Source of the DNA: Polymyxa betae A26-41
Taxonomy: Eukaryota; Protista; Endomyxa: Phytomyxea
DNA: 37,150 bases
Assembly (NCBI GenBank): GCA_003693705.1
Contig: RBZT01000852.1
Location: forward strand, 1 to 37,150
Direction of reading: 5' to 3'
Part shown: positions 1-11,895 of the stretch, one piece after another
How the letters are laid out: every line of letters starts with the position of its first letter
Numbering within the stretch: the stretch's first letter is position 1
Notes under the pieces: generated by a model
What the model was told of the DNA's origin: nothing
Seen by the model: the letters and a program-made list of their open reading frames with translations, nothing else
Database searches by the model: none
Position numbers and translations under genes: made by a program

Positions 1-665
1 TGTCGAACACGCTCCCTTCATATTTTCTGAACGAGAAATGATGGATTATTATTATCAAAGGCTTGTTATAGAATTGTCAGTGGCTCAACGTCTGTTTTTC
101 AGCTGGATCTTTGAACATTTCCAGTTTATCTTTCGTCGCGATCCAGATGTCTTTTGCTATTGGGTTTTAAAATTATCGATTTTTTTGCTCTTACATAACT
201 TCCGCATAGAAAGCCCAAACAAGATGTCGATGATCAGAAAGAAATGTTCTTTATGATTCGAGTTATTCGGAGGCTGACTGTTGTGTTCGCTGAACGATGT
301 CCTGCTTTTATCATGAATCTTATTCTTAATAGCCGTAAAATACCTATCAAAGATCTGATGCACATTCTGGCTGAAAGGTAATTTTATTTTGATCCCGATT
401 TCTCGCGCCCGAATTTGCATTTGTCTCAACAAGTTTCATAGTTTTCGAAATCCTGCGGGTTGTCAATATTCGTGTCTGTCTTTATAAACCGGCTTGAAGT
501 GATTCATATCATTCAAGCTTGTGTTCGATTATCACTTCGCTGTTCTTCATTCTTTTTCATTTTAAACTTGCTACTGTTCATTTCATGCACGCTTTTTCAT
601 TTCTCATATTCACATGGTCTGATCTTTTCTTCTGTCATTTGGCATTGACTGATGCTGGGAACAGT

Positions 666-2548
666 ATGGTAAAGGTTGAGGTCAACTTTCCTGACCGTCA
701 AATGTTTGACCATGATCTCGTTCGTCATGCACTCGATATTTGCTGCTTGTTCCGTGACGCTCCAGAACAGCTCACTCTGACTTCAGTGATACTGGCCCTG
801 GCACTGCACAGGATTTTCATCTCCAAAGATTACTCTTTATTGATTCAGATGCCTGAACTTAACGATGAACAATTGCGACGCGCCCTGGCTCTCTCTTTAG
901 CAAATCGTCATCACTCTTTTATGGAGGAGCTCCAAAATCAAAACGCCTCCTTGTACGAACGGTTTTGTCGCTTGCTGCCAGGCAAACTGTTTCGGAAGCC
1001 GCCTGCTCCTTATTATCTTCTGACGAGGCCAACAAAGACACGAATTCGAAAGTTGGATAATCTCGAGGATGATTATGAGCTATTGGATATTGTTGGTATG
1101 ATAATTGCTTTTCATGTTGCTTTTATCATGGTTGGACAAGAAGACATCCTCTTCTTCATTGATTGTTTATTTAGATGTTTCAGTCATGCTCCATGTATAA
1201 ATGTATTAACAGAATATTTCGGGTTAACAGTCATTTGTGAATTTGATTGCATTTTGTCGTGTTTCCTGCAACCACGTTTAATTTCGTCATGATAGTTGCC
1301 TGATACTAACCTTGACATTGACATTCACAGGGAAAAGCGATGTGGCAAAAGTGTACAGAGCCCGTTGTCTACGAGATGGCTGCAATATGGAAGTCGCCAT
1401 CAAAGTTCTTGAGATGCGTTCACCCATGGAGGTAGAATGTATGTTGCAGTTATGTTATAGGGGCCAGGTCCTTGGTCTTGTTCCTTTCCTGGATGCCTTC
1501 GAGCACGCCGGCAGAACACACATTGTCATGGAGCTGATTTCGGGATATACATTGCTAAATTGGCCTGTTCCTCAATCCATTCCAGAAGCCTCTGCTGCTG
1601 TGCGCTTCTTCGTTCTTCAATTGGCGGCCGCCCTGAACAAGATACACTCTCTGGGATGGTCTCACGGTGATTTGAGTCATCTCAGTAATAGTAAGATTCG
1701 CTGTTCTCTTTGTGATTTTTATTTGTTACTTTGGCAAAAGTGTCTAGTCGAATCCAATCCAATCCATTCATATTGCCAACCTGAAATTTTTTACACTTTT
1801 GTTGCATTGTTGTTGTCATTTCATTATTCTCTTATATGGTATCGATCGCCTTTATGTCATTTGGACGACGGCTTGTTGTAATAATGAATTCCTGTTTCAT
1901 CATTTTTAAACCTATTTTACTGATGGTATTGTCACTCATATTTATCTTTTAGTGATGGTCACCCCCTCCAACAACACGCTCTTTCTAATTGATTTCGAAC
2001 TCGCCGAACGCGAATCTTGTGAATGCTGCCACCCTCACCGCCAGGGCGATTTCCCAAGTTTCTTAATTCGCTGTGCCGACCTCGTTGATTTGCTCAAGAT
2101 TCAATTTCGTATTCCGTGGTATGAACGTCTTCCTGATTGTTTAGGACAATTCGAGGAGGCATCCTCGAACTGGATCTATGGATCATGGGGGTTCAATAGT
2201 GTTATGGCAGATCCCATATTCGACTGTATTCGCGACCAATATCCTCCCCCTTGGAACAAGGACCGATGGTTACAATATCCGGATATGGACCCGCCCGTCC
2301 CCGAGACCAGCACCGATTCAGAGCAGCCTGAGACGGGATCGTCTTCGTTGGATCCTGAGACAGCATCGTCTTCGTTGGATCAGGCTCCTTGCGTTGTCAA
2401 TCAGAGTACGGAATCCGAAAGTTCTGTTGGTGCTGTTGATGCAGACAACCATTATCAGAAGAGCAGTGGACAGATCGAATCCAAACTCGATCACGATAAG
2501 CCGATCCCTGTGAAATCTCAACATCAATCAGGTAGATTCGTTTTTTAA
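666..2548 (+). CDS. Divergent Ser/Thr protein kinase-like protein, 3 exons (666-1095, 1331-1690, 1953-2548); an upstream exon is possible
   Basis: Intron 1096-1330 (GTATGA...TACTAAC...CACAG) and intron 1691-1952 (GTAAGA...TTTTAG) splice in frame. The product has YELLDIVGKSDVAKVY, VAIK, HIVMELISG, IHSLGWSHGDLSHLSNMMV and FLIDFELAE, matching kinase subdomains I, II, V, VIb and VII. A CAG acceptor-like site at 662-664 means the true start may lie upstream. Confidence 0.85.
2327..2380 (+). repeat. 2 x 27-bp coding tandem repeat (PETGSSSLD/PETASSSLD) in the kinase tail
   Basis: cctgagacgggatcgtcttcgttggat followed by cctgagacagcatcgtcttcgttggat. Confidence 0.9.
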
Positions 2549-5500
2549 AGAACTCTTTCAGCTTACTGTTTATGGTATTTGATGTCAACTCTTGTCGACA
2601 ATATGCTCTATTGTATCGGCAGAATCACGTACTTTATCTATTTTGGAATCGTATTTTTAGCATTTTCTGTTTGATTCATCCAGTTCATTATCTGACATTA
2701 TCTCAGGAACAGGTCATCAACTCGTAATCATTTGTATCTGTGTGATTCTGATCTGTGTCGCCCTGTCCTGCTGGTTGTATCAAGGCTTTCAACGACGTCG
2801 ACAGTCTCCCCACTTGGATAATAGCAGTAAGATATCTGTCGCCTCTGTATCAGTTTAAAATACATCTGTTGCAAATTTGCATCTCCTTCCTAATTCTGTG
2901 TCGATCCTTTTGCTTTTGTGAAGGTTTGAAGCTTGTTATCGGCCAACGATATCAGATCCTCCCCCTTATGACCTTATGATTATACTGGCAGTATTATACA
3001 ATAGAAGTCGAGCTCCTTCACACAGTTTGAACTTGGTCGTAAATATATCCCGACATTCATCGAACTGCTTCAATAGACCGATCATTGCCAGTTTTGGTGG
3101 ATCTTGCAAATGGAGGGGATAGATAAATTCCAGAAACGTAGCTGGCAGGTTTGGCACAAGATATAATCTGTTATTAGTAATATATGTGATTGCATGCAAC
3201 TAGGCAGGGATGTTGGTCTGGCGTCATTTTGTTTAAGGAGTATGGTAAAGCTGTACAACACTGAATTGTTTGGGTTCGCTCTAAGGCCGTCTAACTCAGG
3301 GAATCACTGTCAATGTAATAAGGGGGCGCCAGTAGTCTTCAATAAGCTCTGGCTGGCGGTGTGCTTTACTGCATTTGCAATCATGCTTCAAAATGAGGTT
3401 TATGTAATACATACTTGATGATGTGGATAATTCACATGAGCAGTATGTACAACTTCTTGAATGGTGACTCAATGTAACAGCATGATTCAGCTTCTCCTTC
3501 GGCCACAAATTACGGCAAGGCTGGCTGATTTGCCGATTTGAACATCCCTTCATTAGTTGGTAACGTATGAGTACTTGTTATTGTTACTGAATCCGGGACA
3601 AAGTGGAGCAGCCTGTTTTGTTTAGCTTTAAGTTGGAAATTAATGGCGACCAACACTTGGACGTCAGCCGTCTTCGTTATTGACACATTGCTGTCGCGAG
3701 GCCTGGTTTCAAAAGCTCTTCCTTAACACGGCATCGAAAATGGGCGCCGCCTGGTTATTAAGCCAGACTCTCAGAATGATCCGAGTTCCATCGAATATGT
3801 TTTGTCCCTTCTTTCTGTAGTCGCTGTCTTCCCTTTAAAGCTCAATGATCGCTTGAACAACTTGAATCTGATAGGGCAAAACCCATCATGAAATGGCCGA
3901 CGAATTCTCTGGACGGAGCTCTGATCGAGTAAGTTTGTTATGAGTCCATTGGTGATCTTTTTAACCCTTTTCACAGAATCAGCTGATAATCCCTGCCTTC
4001 ATCCATCAAAAGTCGGGACTTCGACAACGAAGAGGTTCACTACTCATATCTCTCAGCCGTCGACTTTCATAACTGCCAGTGTATCCTTCTTACTAGTTTG
4101 GGATGGCTTTACAAATCTTTTCAAGTTTTTCGTTCTTCATCGCATTAAGTATAAGTTTCTCGTGGTTAAGCTGGAACCGTCGTCAGTTTAAGTCGGTATC
4201 TGATATCGCTCGCTCTATCCGGACGAATAGACTGCATTCATTCGCATTGAATCGCCTGTTCGAAGATTCTTGTTGCTTTCCGATCGAAAATCCATCATGT
4301 ACTCGAATGTCGTTCTTGCGTCCCCTCTCATTGCATAAGCTTAGAGTATTGCTCCAATTTTATATGACTATTTTCGTTGTTGATTGCATTTAAAGGCAGG
4401 GTGCATCGCGTCGAAGCTGATCGCCCATGTTACCAGATATCTGACCAATTCTCCACATCGTTAATAATACGAGGAGCTTGTCGCCCTGTTGGGGTCATTT
4501 CGGCGCTCTCGATACTGTCTGCCAGCCCCCTTATTGGAAAAAGTCCTCTTCTCGTTGTCTGCCTGTCTCGTAAATCAATTTTCATTTAAATGGCTTTTTT
4601 GCAATTGCAAGTTTTCTATTTAATCATTGCGTATTGGAGCCACTTTTGCTATCAGTCGAGGAGATAACTACAAGGCTAACCACCCCGCCGGTCGAGGCCT
4701 GATGAAAGAACGGGCAGCTGACAGCCGGCTCTGACCTGCTTAGTCTGGATAGGGCCCAGGTTCCCAACATCGAATGTGAACCTGATGAGCATTCATCCAA
4801 ACGATATGCACTGCCCATTCAAGATTCTGTGGCGATATTGCGCTGCTGAGTTGGCGAAGATTTACCAAAACTCCCAATACCTTTACGAACTTAAAGGTAT
4901 CATTTGCTACTAGTATTTTCCATATTAACGTTTAGGGTTCCTGCTGATTCTTTTTCATTAATTGCCAGTTAAACATAGCTGTATTATGAATGAATTCAAG
5001 AAATCCTCTCTGCGAAAGGATGCTTGCTTTTTCGTTTGCATTCGTTTTTCGCCATCATCTCTTTTCGTATGTAATGACCATTTTCCTTTGATTGGCTTCG
5101 TGATAAAGCGCGACTCGACGTTTTTGAGGGGATGGGTTTCTTTAACCTTATTTATAACCAAATTTTTATAAAATGAGATAATTCTGTTATGCTGTAGCCG
5201 TACTTGGCAAATCTTTACTGAATTGACGGCAGTTACGTTTTGGAAGAACCCGGCGCCTTATGACGCTTGATCTAGAGTTCAGCACCCTCTAATACGAGCA
5301 ACGACAACGAGATTGGTTTCTTCATCATCATTGACCGGCTCTGGCCGAACCGAGTGCCGTCGTTCTTGAGCAATTGCCTCAATGTATTGCGATAATCTCC
5401 GTTCGGGCAATGTCTGTTGAAGCCAAGGTAAAAGATCTTGGTTGGTGAAGCGGCTTGCTTTGCCGCTTGCGTGACGGCCGTGGACGATCTGCTGGCCGCC

Positions 5501-6199
5501 CTAATTAGGGTTCATCAACATGGTCTATCCAAGACTTGTTTGTTTTTGGATCGTTATTATAGAGGGAGTCCGCGACTTTCCGATTCCGATCTCGACATTG
5601 TTCTCCGATATGGCTCAACTCTTATTTTCACCTAACATTCTGCAATATATACATTGAAACTCGTCAAAAATTTCAGTCTATCGGAGGTACCCTATCCTGG
5701 CAATTTCTGAGTCCGTTACCTCGACATGTAAATGTTTATTGAAGAGTATTTACCAGAGCTACGAGGAGTTGTACCACCGGGAACATCGAGGAACGCTATC
5801 AGGCTGTCATTCAGTTTGATGTAATATTCTAGCTTCGATTACGCCCGATTAAGTGGTTTTGCTGATCTGTGAACGATTGCAGGATGACCTACTAAGGATA
5901 CTGTGTTGCCACAGCATTTTTGGCATTATCGCTATAATCACGGCTGGAGACAATGTCGACATTGCCCCTACAGCGAGGCACGAAGCAGCGCCAGCTGTTG
6001 ACCATTTATTGAATCTAGAATCGGCTGTATCAGTACTGTAATGCTAGCTGCTAACAAGCAATTATTGAGTTGTCGTCAAGAAAAATATTCTGTTTAATTA
6101 GCTGGATTTTATGTTCCTGATTGATACAGTACCTCTTCAAAACTCCGTGATAAAACTTTCTGCGTCATTACTCATTAGTATAATCAACTCCTTCAAATC

Positions 6200-6500
6200 T
6201 GTTGGAACAGAACATGAATCAGCACAGCGCAGCCCTTCGTCACCTCTGTGACCACTGTCACTTGCTATAGTTGTCATATTCCGAGTCTCATTTTCTCTAC
6301 CGATAGAAACAACAGATTAAGAGTCCCATCCTAGCTCTCGACCACGAGCGTATCAAGCCCAAAGCATGAACAACGATCAACAAGAACGTGCTCTTGTACC
6401 AATATTCAATGGAACAAATTTCCAGCAAAGGCGTCATCGAATGGCCAGCCTTTCGAAAAGGATTTAGATGAAATCACTCTCGGCATCATGTTTGATATGT
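6200..6500 (+). mobile_element. Ty1/copia 5' remnant: candidate 115-bp LTR (6200-6314), PBS (6315-6329), frameshifted gag N-terminus from ATG 6366
   Basis: TGTTG...CAACA termini are followed directly by GATTAAGAGTCCCAT. Gag-like peptide ALVPIFNGTNFQQRRHRMASL/EKDLDEI is homologous to the gag start at 26224(-). No pol or 3' LTR seen. Confidence 0.7.
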
Positions 6501-7793
6501 AAACATGTCATCTTCCCCCCCCCCCCCAAGCGCGATCGACGTTAATTCTTCGTCGACCTCCAGCAAAGGAATCAACGGTTTCGCCATCTTACCCAATCAT
6601 TCCCGCAGAGCTGGCGTTAGAAGACCACGATACTTGGAAGGCTTTATGGAGACCATATTCTTCAAGCTGCTTGACTTTCTAACTTTTAAGTGGGTACTTG
6701 GCAACGCCGTTCTGGATCGTGTGCAACAGAACCAAGTCCCACTTCCAACAGGCCAAGCATCTCGACGGCTTGTTCAGATGCAACCCTGGTTAAAACCATC
6801 ACAGGCATGGACCATTTGGATTTGATTATAGGCCACGAATTTCAGCAGGAGATTCTGCTGATAGACGCGAATACGAAACCGATTTCAGGTAACCCAAATA
6901 ATATTGCACGTTTTCATATTGTTCGTATGCTGATTACAATCATAGGTCCGCATGGATCGAAGTAGTGATTGAAAAAATCGAGCATTGCTGATCACTACGG
7001 AGTCTGCTGTTTCCAGATGTTCTGTACAGCAAGTTAACATTTGATGATGATGGTGCTGAAGCTCCGAAAATGCTTACCGGTCATTTCTGCCCATCAAAAC
7101 TTGCCAGGTTCGCTCTTGTCTGCGACAGCAGTGAACTTCATCTGACGTATGACGGCTGCTGGCTTCTTGAAGACTTCTGCCACAACAGCGAAGTCGGAGG
7201 GGACTTTTTCCGATTGTGATGGTTTGTCGTTTGAATATGCCATCCTGTTCGCAAGGTCATTTCTTCGAAGACCTGATGGGTCCGCCGCCTGCTGATGCTC
7301 AGCGAGGCGTAAGCCTCTGTCCATGCGGCAAAGCGTATGGTCTTCATGACAGTCGCTCACAGAGACAGGGTAATTCCCTCAATGCTTTTCATTCCATTGT
7401 TCTGTCAACTTATGACCATAGAACAGTTCCACTTTCAAAAAACCGCAACAAATCGTTATCTAGGGTTTATGCTGCTGTGTCAATACTTTCTTTGTTTGTG
7501 ATTGGTCTGGGATGTCGCCTCCGAAAAAGAAACCCTTTAAAAAAGATGGACTGATTAACTGAGGCAATATTTCAAGTTAGTGTCGTTTCGTTAGGTCGCC
7601 GTTTGACCCTTGTGAATCAACAACGCTACCAAGATTGTGGTCATACAGTTAAAATTATACGTACAAAATCGGCGTGAAGATCACGTAATTATATCGACCG
7701 TGAAAACCGCGCAAAGTCGCTAAGCCGGAGAGTCACAACGTTTTTCCATCGCCATCACGCCGCCTCGTCCTCGGTAAGCCGCTGAAACGGCCA

Positions 7794-8731
7794 TGGCTTC
7801 GGTCTTCAGCATCTGAAGAAACACCTACTTTCCAAAGTGGGCCGCCGTTCCCATCCAAATCTTACAGCTGAAGCTCTCAGTGGCTGGATTCGTGTATCTG
7901 ACGTTCCTGAGGTCCTGTCCAAGGTAAAAGCAGAATGTTTTGTTTCAATGCCCAAATATATTTCACAGTTGTGTATCTCAAACTATGCAATTAGCATTAA
8001 ACTCTTTATTTAAATAACGAGACAATTATAATTTTTTTTGACTGAACCCTAACTGCTTTTACAGATTGTACGCGTGGCTGACAGTGTGGTTGCCCAAAAT
8101 AGACAGAGTCGCGCACGCGCACTGGACAATTGTCGGGTGCGCAAAGCCACCGCGAAACTCCGGCGTTGTAGGAAGGCGGCACAGGAGGCCGAGTCGAAGT
8201 TTGACTCTGCGCCCCGCATTGCTGCAGCTCCAAGTGAGGGTCGAGTGTCATCCCGACAAGAACTTGGAGCCTGAGTTGTTTTTCCCACCAGGGCCTACGT
8301 TAGCCGAATATATCCCGCAGGAGGTTGCGGGGTGGGCGGGCCACTTAATGCAATCATTGCAGGACGCCATTCGCTCCGACGTTATGAAATCCTGTTAAGT
8401 TGAGATGGTCAATCTCCGCGATGATTTCACTTCAAACTCCGGCGCCGTTGATTGGCCGGGTTTTGAGAAGGAGGTCCAGGTGCGTGGATTGGGCCGAAAC
8501 AAATTTTCGGTCGCGCTGGCCAGTTACATCGGCCTGATGGAACGGGTTTACAAACCCCGCTGTGACCGCCGTACTCGGGCGTACCGGAAATACAAGAAGA
8601 CAGCGCGGGAGGTCCGGGCAGCAGAGCAGGCTCTTACAGCTGCTAAAATTGCGAAAAAGGCTGCAGTCGGAGTCGTTGATACTGACTCCGAAGATTCTTC
8701 TGGTGCAGGGTCTACTAGTGAAGAGTTTTAA
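7794..8731 (+). pseudogene. Hypothetical protein gene, probably disrupted
   Basis: Clean intron 7924-8064 (GTAAAA...CTAAC...TACAG). Coding-like GC-rich downstream ORFs 8066-8398 and 8405-8731 are in the same frame, separated by one TAA. No recognisable domain. Confidence 0.35.
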
Positions 8732-9100
8732 ATCGTTTCTTCTTTTATAAATCTTTGTTAGAGTCTTTTGCATAAAAACATAGGTCTCACAGGATTATAA
8801 TGTAGCATTCCGAGGAGCAGAACGAATTGACGATTCCCAAGACTGATTTCATCTGTTCAAATTTAATAAACCCAATCCCGAAAATAGATTCAAGAAATCG
8901 TTGTCAATGACGATTCAGAATATATAATAAAAAATTAAATAAGAGGCTTGTTTCAAGTGAAAAATTCCGATACGGTTATATAGATACCACCAATCAAATT
9001 TAAGCTTAGGGAATTTTTATCTCAATAAAAGTTATTAACCACTCCATGGTCAATAAAATTAATTTATCGATATAATCTACTATATCCACTGTCCTTCTCG

Positions 9101-10351
9101 ATGACAGATCGGGACACCGTTGCAGCTATCGCGGCCCTGTCGGCGTCTATTCAAGCTTCGGTGCAAGCCGTCGTTACTGCTGCTCAGCTCTGCATTGTGG
9201 ATGCAAGCATGGACGGCCGATCCTTTAGAGCACCCAATGCTATTCGATGGACTATTCGGGAGAGTCAGTTTCTGACAGCATCGAACGACCCAGGGTGTTA
9301 CGATGGCTGGTTTCGTAACGTCTTCCGCTGTTCGAAAGCCAGTTTCGATCAGATAGTCGACCTGGTTGAGGGGAATTGGGAAAGGGTTAATCTCCCTCTA
9401 GGCCTTAATACACATTTTGGGATCCCATGGCGCGTTGCTGTGGCCATGTACTACTTTACTCATTCCGGTTCCATTGTAGATTCTGCCAAAGTGTTCGGCA
9501 TGAGTAAATCATCGGCCTGGCGCTATATCGAACAAATAATCGACGTCTTGCTACTCATTGGCAAGAGATTCATTAGGCTTCCAGATAATCAGGCAAAATG
9601 GCAGTCACTCAGCGGTGGGTTTGAGAAATCTTGGGTTTCCTAACACCTGCCTCTCAATTGATGGTGTTCTTTCGAAATCGAGCGTCCCTTCAATTATGAA
9701 GGATGGTATTGTCGGAAAGGATTTCCAGCCATCAATGCATTGGTCGCTGTTGATCATTTGAAACGAATCCGCGATTATGCTCTTCGCCCAGGTTCAGAAA
9801 ATGACAAGGGCGTTTATAACCGGTCCAGTTTTGGTAGCGTTATACATGCCAAGGTGCCAAAATGCAAAATGATAGTAGGCGATGCAGGATATCAGCTATT
9901 TACTCACCTGATGACCCCGTACGAGATTCGGCCAGATATGCCTCGTGACGAGAGAAACTATAATTATCTCCATTCAAACACGAGAATCGTCGTTGAGCAA
10001 GCATTTGAATTTTTGAAGGGACGTTTTAGAATCTTCAAAACGGCTTTGAACATGAAAGGCACAGCGGCAACATTGCCGATGGATCTGGATGCCGAGTTTG
10101 AACGAGACCGCACAGCAACTGAAAGCATGGCCAAGTTGATACGGGCGTGTTTTGTGCTGCACAATATCCTCATCGATCTACATGACAACACCACCATCGA
10201 TATCGAATCGGAGCAGCATGAACGAGAGCCGTCCTATCCAGATACAGCTAATCTCCCATTTGGCTCTGTTGGCGGACAGGCTGCGAAAGCAACTAGGGAC
10301 GCTGTCAAGGCGTACCTCACGACGGTTAAGAAGCACCGGCCGGTTTATTGA
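9101..10351 (+). CDS. Harbinger/HARBI1-like DDE transposase (DDE_Tnp_4), with two compensating frameshifts at ~9627 and ~9670
   Basis: Motifs: FRCSKASF, HTH-like AKVFGMSKSSAWRYI, LGFPNTCLSIDG, RKGFPAINALVAVD, PGSEND, GDAGY, LMTPY, YNYLHSNTRIVVEQAFEFLKGRFRI, ACFVLHN. Confidence 0.92.
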
Positions 10352-10361
10352 GAAACACATT

Positions 10362-11298
10362 TTATGGCTTGGGCGGAGCCAAACGCTCCAGAGCTTGAAG
10401 CATCGCGAGTTGAATATTTGCTCCATTTTCTATTGATTTTCTGATTGCTAATAGATGTTCTTGATCCGCAACTCTATCTTGCTTCACTTCTTTCATTATC
10501 TGTAAAAGGTCACCATCTCCCTGCCTAGACAATGACGAGGCTATTGCCTTCAGGCCCGATCCCACTTCACAAAGGCCAGTTTGAATGCTGAGCCCAATCT
10601 TAGCAAACATTTCGGTCTTGCGTGCAGAGCTGCAACTGGTATTGGGACGGATGTTGCTTTTATAATCTGGCTTCTGGTCTTGTTTGACAACTGGGTCCGT
10701 CGCCTGTCCTAATCGCATCCAAGGCCGGTTTTTTAGCTAGATGCAGCTGGATAATATCAAAGTCGGCCCCTTTCGCATCGGGATCCATAGGTTCGTTTCC
10801 AGTGCGTGTAAACTCTTTACCTGCTGGCTTATGGTCTCGCCATTTGGTAACGCAGTAGTTATGCTTAGCTTTGATCTGGTCAAGCGACAGGTTGACACCA
10901 TGGACGCGATTGACTTCCAGCGCTACTCGATTCCATCCATCGCTTAACGAGTTTCGACTTTTAGTGCCTTCAAAATGATGTTTATATGTCTCATACAGAG
11001 CCTCCATTAAGGTTTCAACCATTTCTCGCGACCATTTCGCAGAATCGCTGGGAGTTCTGTCGGTAGATTCTTTTTTAGGTCGGCCCCTCTTTTTCTGAGA
11101 GGTAGGTGTTGTAGCGGAATCTTGTTTATCAATCGTTTCATTCGATTCATTTATCGAGAGCATCCAATCATCCCTCGCTCCGCTCTCGGGCAATGAAAAC
11201 GGCGCTGGCTGAGTCGGTTTGACTTGAGCGCATTGAGGAGCAACAGAAGTGGGGCTGGAGAAAGATGTTGCCGAGAACGAAGAGTTCGTGGACGACAT
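10362..11298 (-). CDS. Harbinger ORF1, a Myb/SANT-like DNA-binding protein with an AT-hook; frameshift near 10715
   Basis: KKRGRPKK AT-hook, then KWSREMVETLMEAL...WNRVALEVN...LSLDQIKAKHNYCVTKW (Myb/SANT trihelix pattern). The C-terminal helical part is in overlapping ORF 10362-10718. It ends tail-to-tail with the transposase. Confidence 0.82.
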
Positions 11299-11314
11299 TG
11301 CGAGAGAGAAATCC

Positions 11315-11407
11315 TTTTATCTATATAAATACTCTGAATTTATCGTCTTTTTATCTATATAATGCTTGGAACACGCACAGTATCTATGCGCTATTTTATC
11401 TATATAA
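11315..11407 (+). repeat. Harbinger subterminal repeats TTTTATCTATATAA x3; inverted and variant copies at the left end (8976-8986, ~9014, ~9063)
   Basis: Copies seen directly at 11315, 11349 and 11394; TTATATAGATA at 8976. Confidence 0.8.
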
Positions 11408-11772
11408 AATCCTTACTTGAAACAGGCTCTAAAGCAAATAAAACTAAAGTAGACTGAATACAAAAGAAAATTCATAATATATAAAAAATACAAAATTGAT
11501 ACGTGGGAACATTATTGCCACGATATGTTAGAGGGTTGGTACCAAGATTAGTGGCGGGATGTTTTGTGGAGGATTAATACCGATGGTCATTGTCAAAATA
11601 GGTTCCGGGATGCGGGGAATTGGGCCAGTGTCGTGTTAGATACCGTGATTATTACGAGAAATGTACGAAAAAGACGGTTTAAAATGTTGGGATTGGCGTC
11701 TGGTGGTGCCGATCCTGAGCAACAAGACATGCTGGTGTCGGATTCTCCGGATGAACGTCTGAAGGTGAACAT

Positions 11773-11844
11773 TGTCGCCCCCATAATCAAAATATGCAAT
11801 ATTCAAGCTGTCGCCTCCATAATCAAAATTTGGAATATTCAAGA
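11773..11844 (+). repeat. 2 x 36-bp imperfect tandem repeat
   Basis: tgtcgcccccataatcaaaatatgcaatattcaagc followed by tgtcgcctccataatcaaaatttggaatattcaaga. Confidence 0.85.
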
Positions 11845-11895
11845 TCTGTTGGAACTGCCCTATATCCGACGCATTCTGGTTGTTGCAACTGCCCA

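Larger units (their letters stand above)
8943..11429. mobile_element. PIF/Harbinger DNA transposon, full length (~2.49 kb)
   Basis: TAA|GAGGCTTGTTTCAAGT ... ACTTGAAACAGGCTC|TAA gives a TAA TSD (8940-8942, 11430-11432) and an imperfect ~15-bp TIR with a perfect TGTTTCAAGT core. Encodes the two canonical Harbinger genes. Confidence 0.9.

Noticed and set aside
5200-6100. Coding-like text with many stops
   Set aside because: No recognisable motif; cannot be assigned.
9620-9675. Programmed frameshifting or an intron as the explanation of the transposase break
   Set aside because: No slippery heptamer is present, and splicing would remove the catalytic IDG; indels are the simpler explanation.
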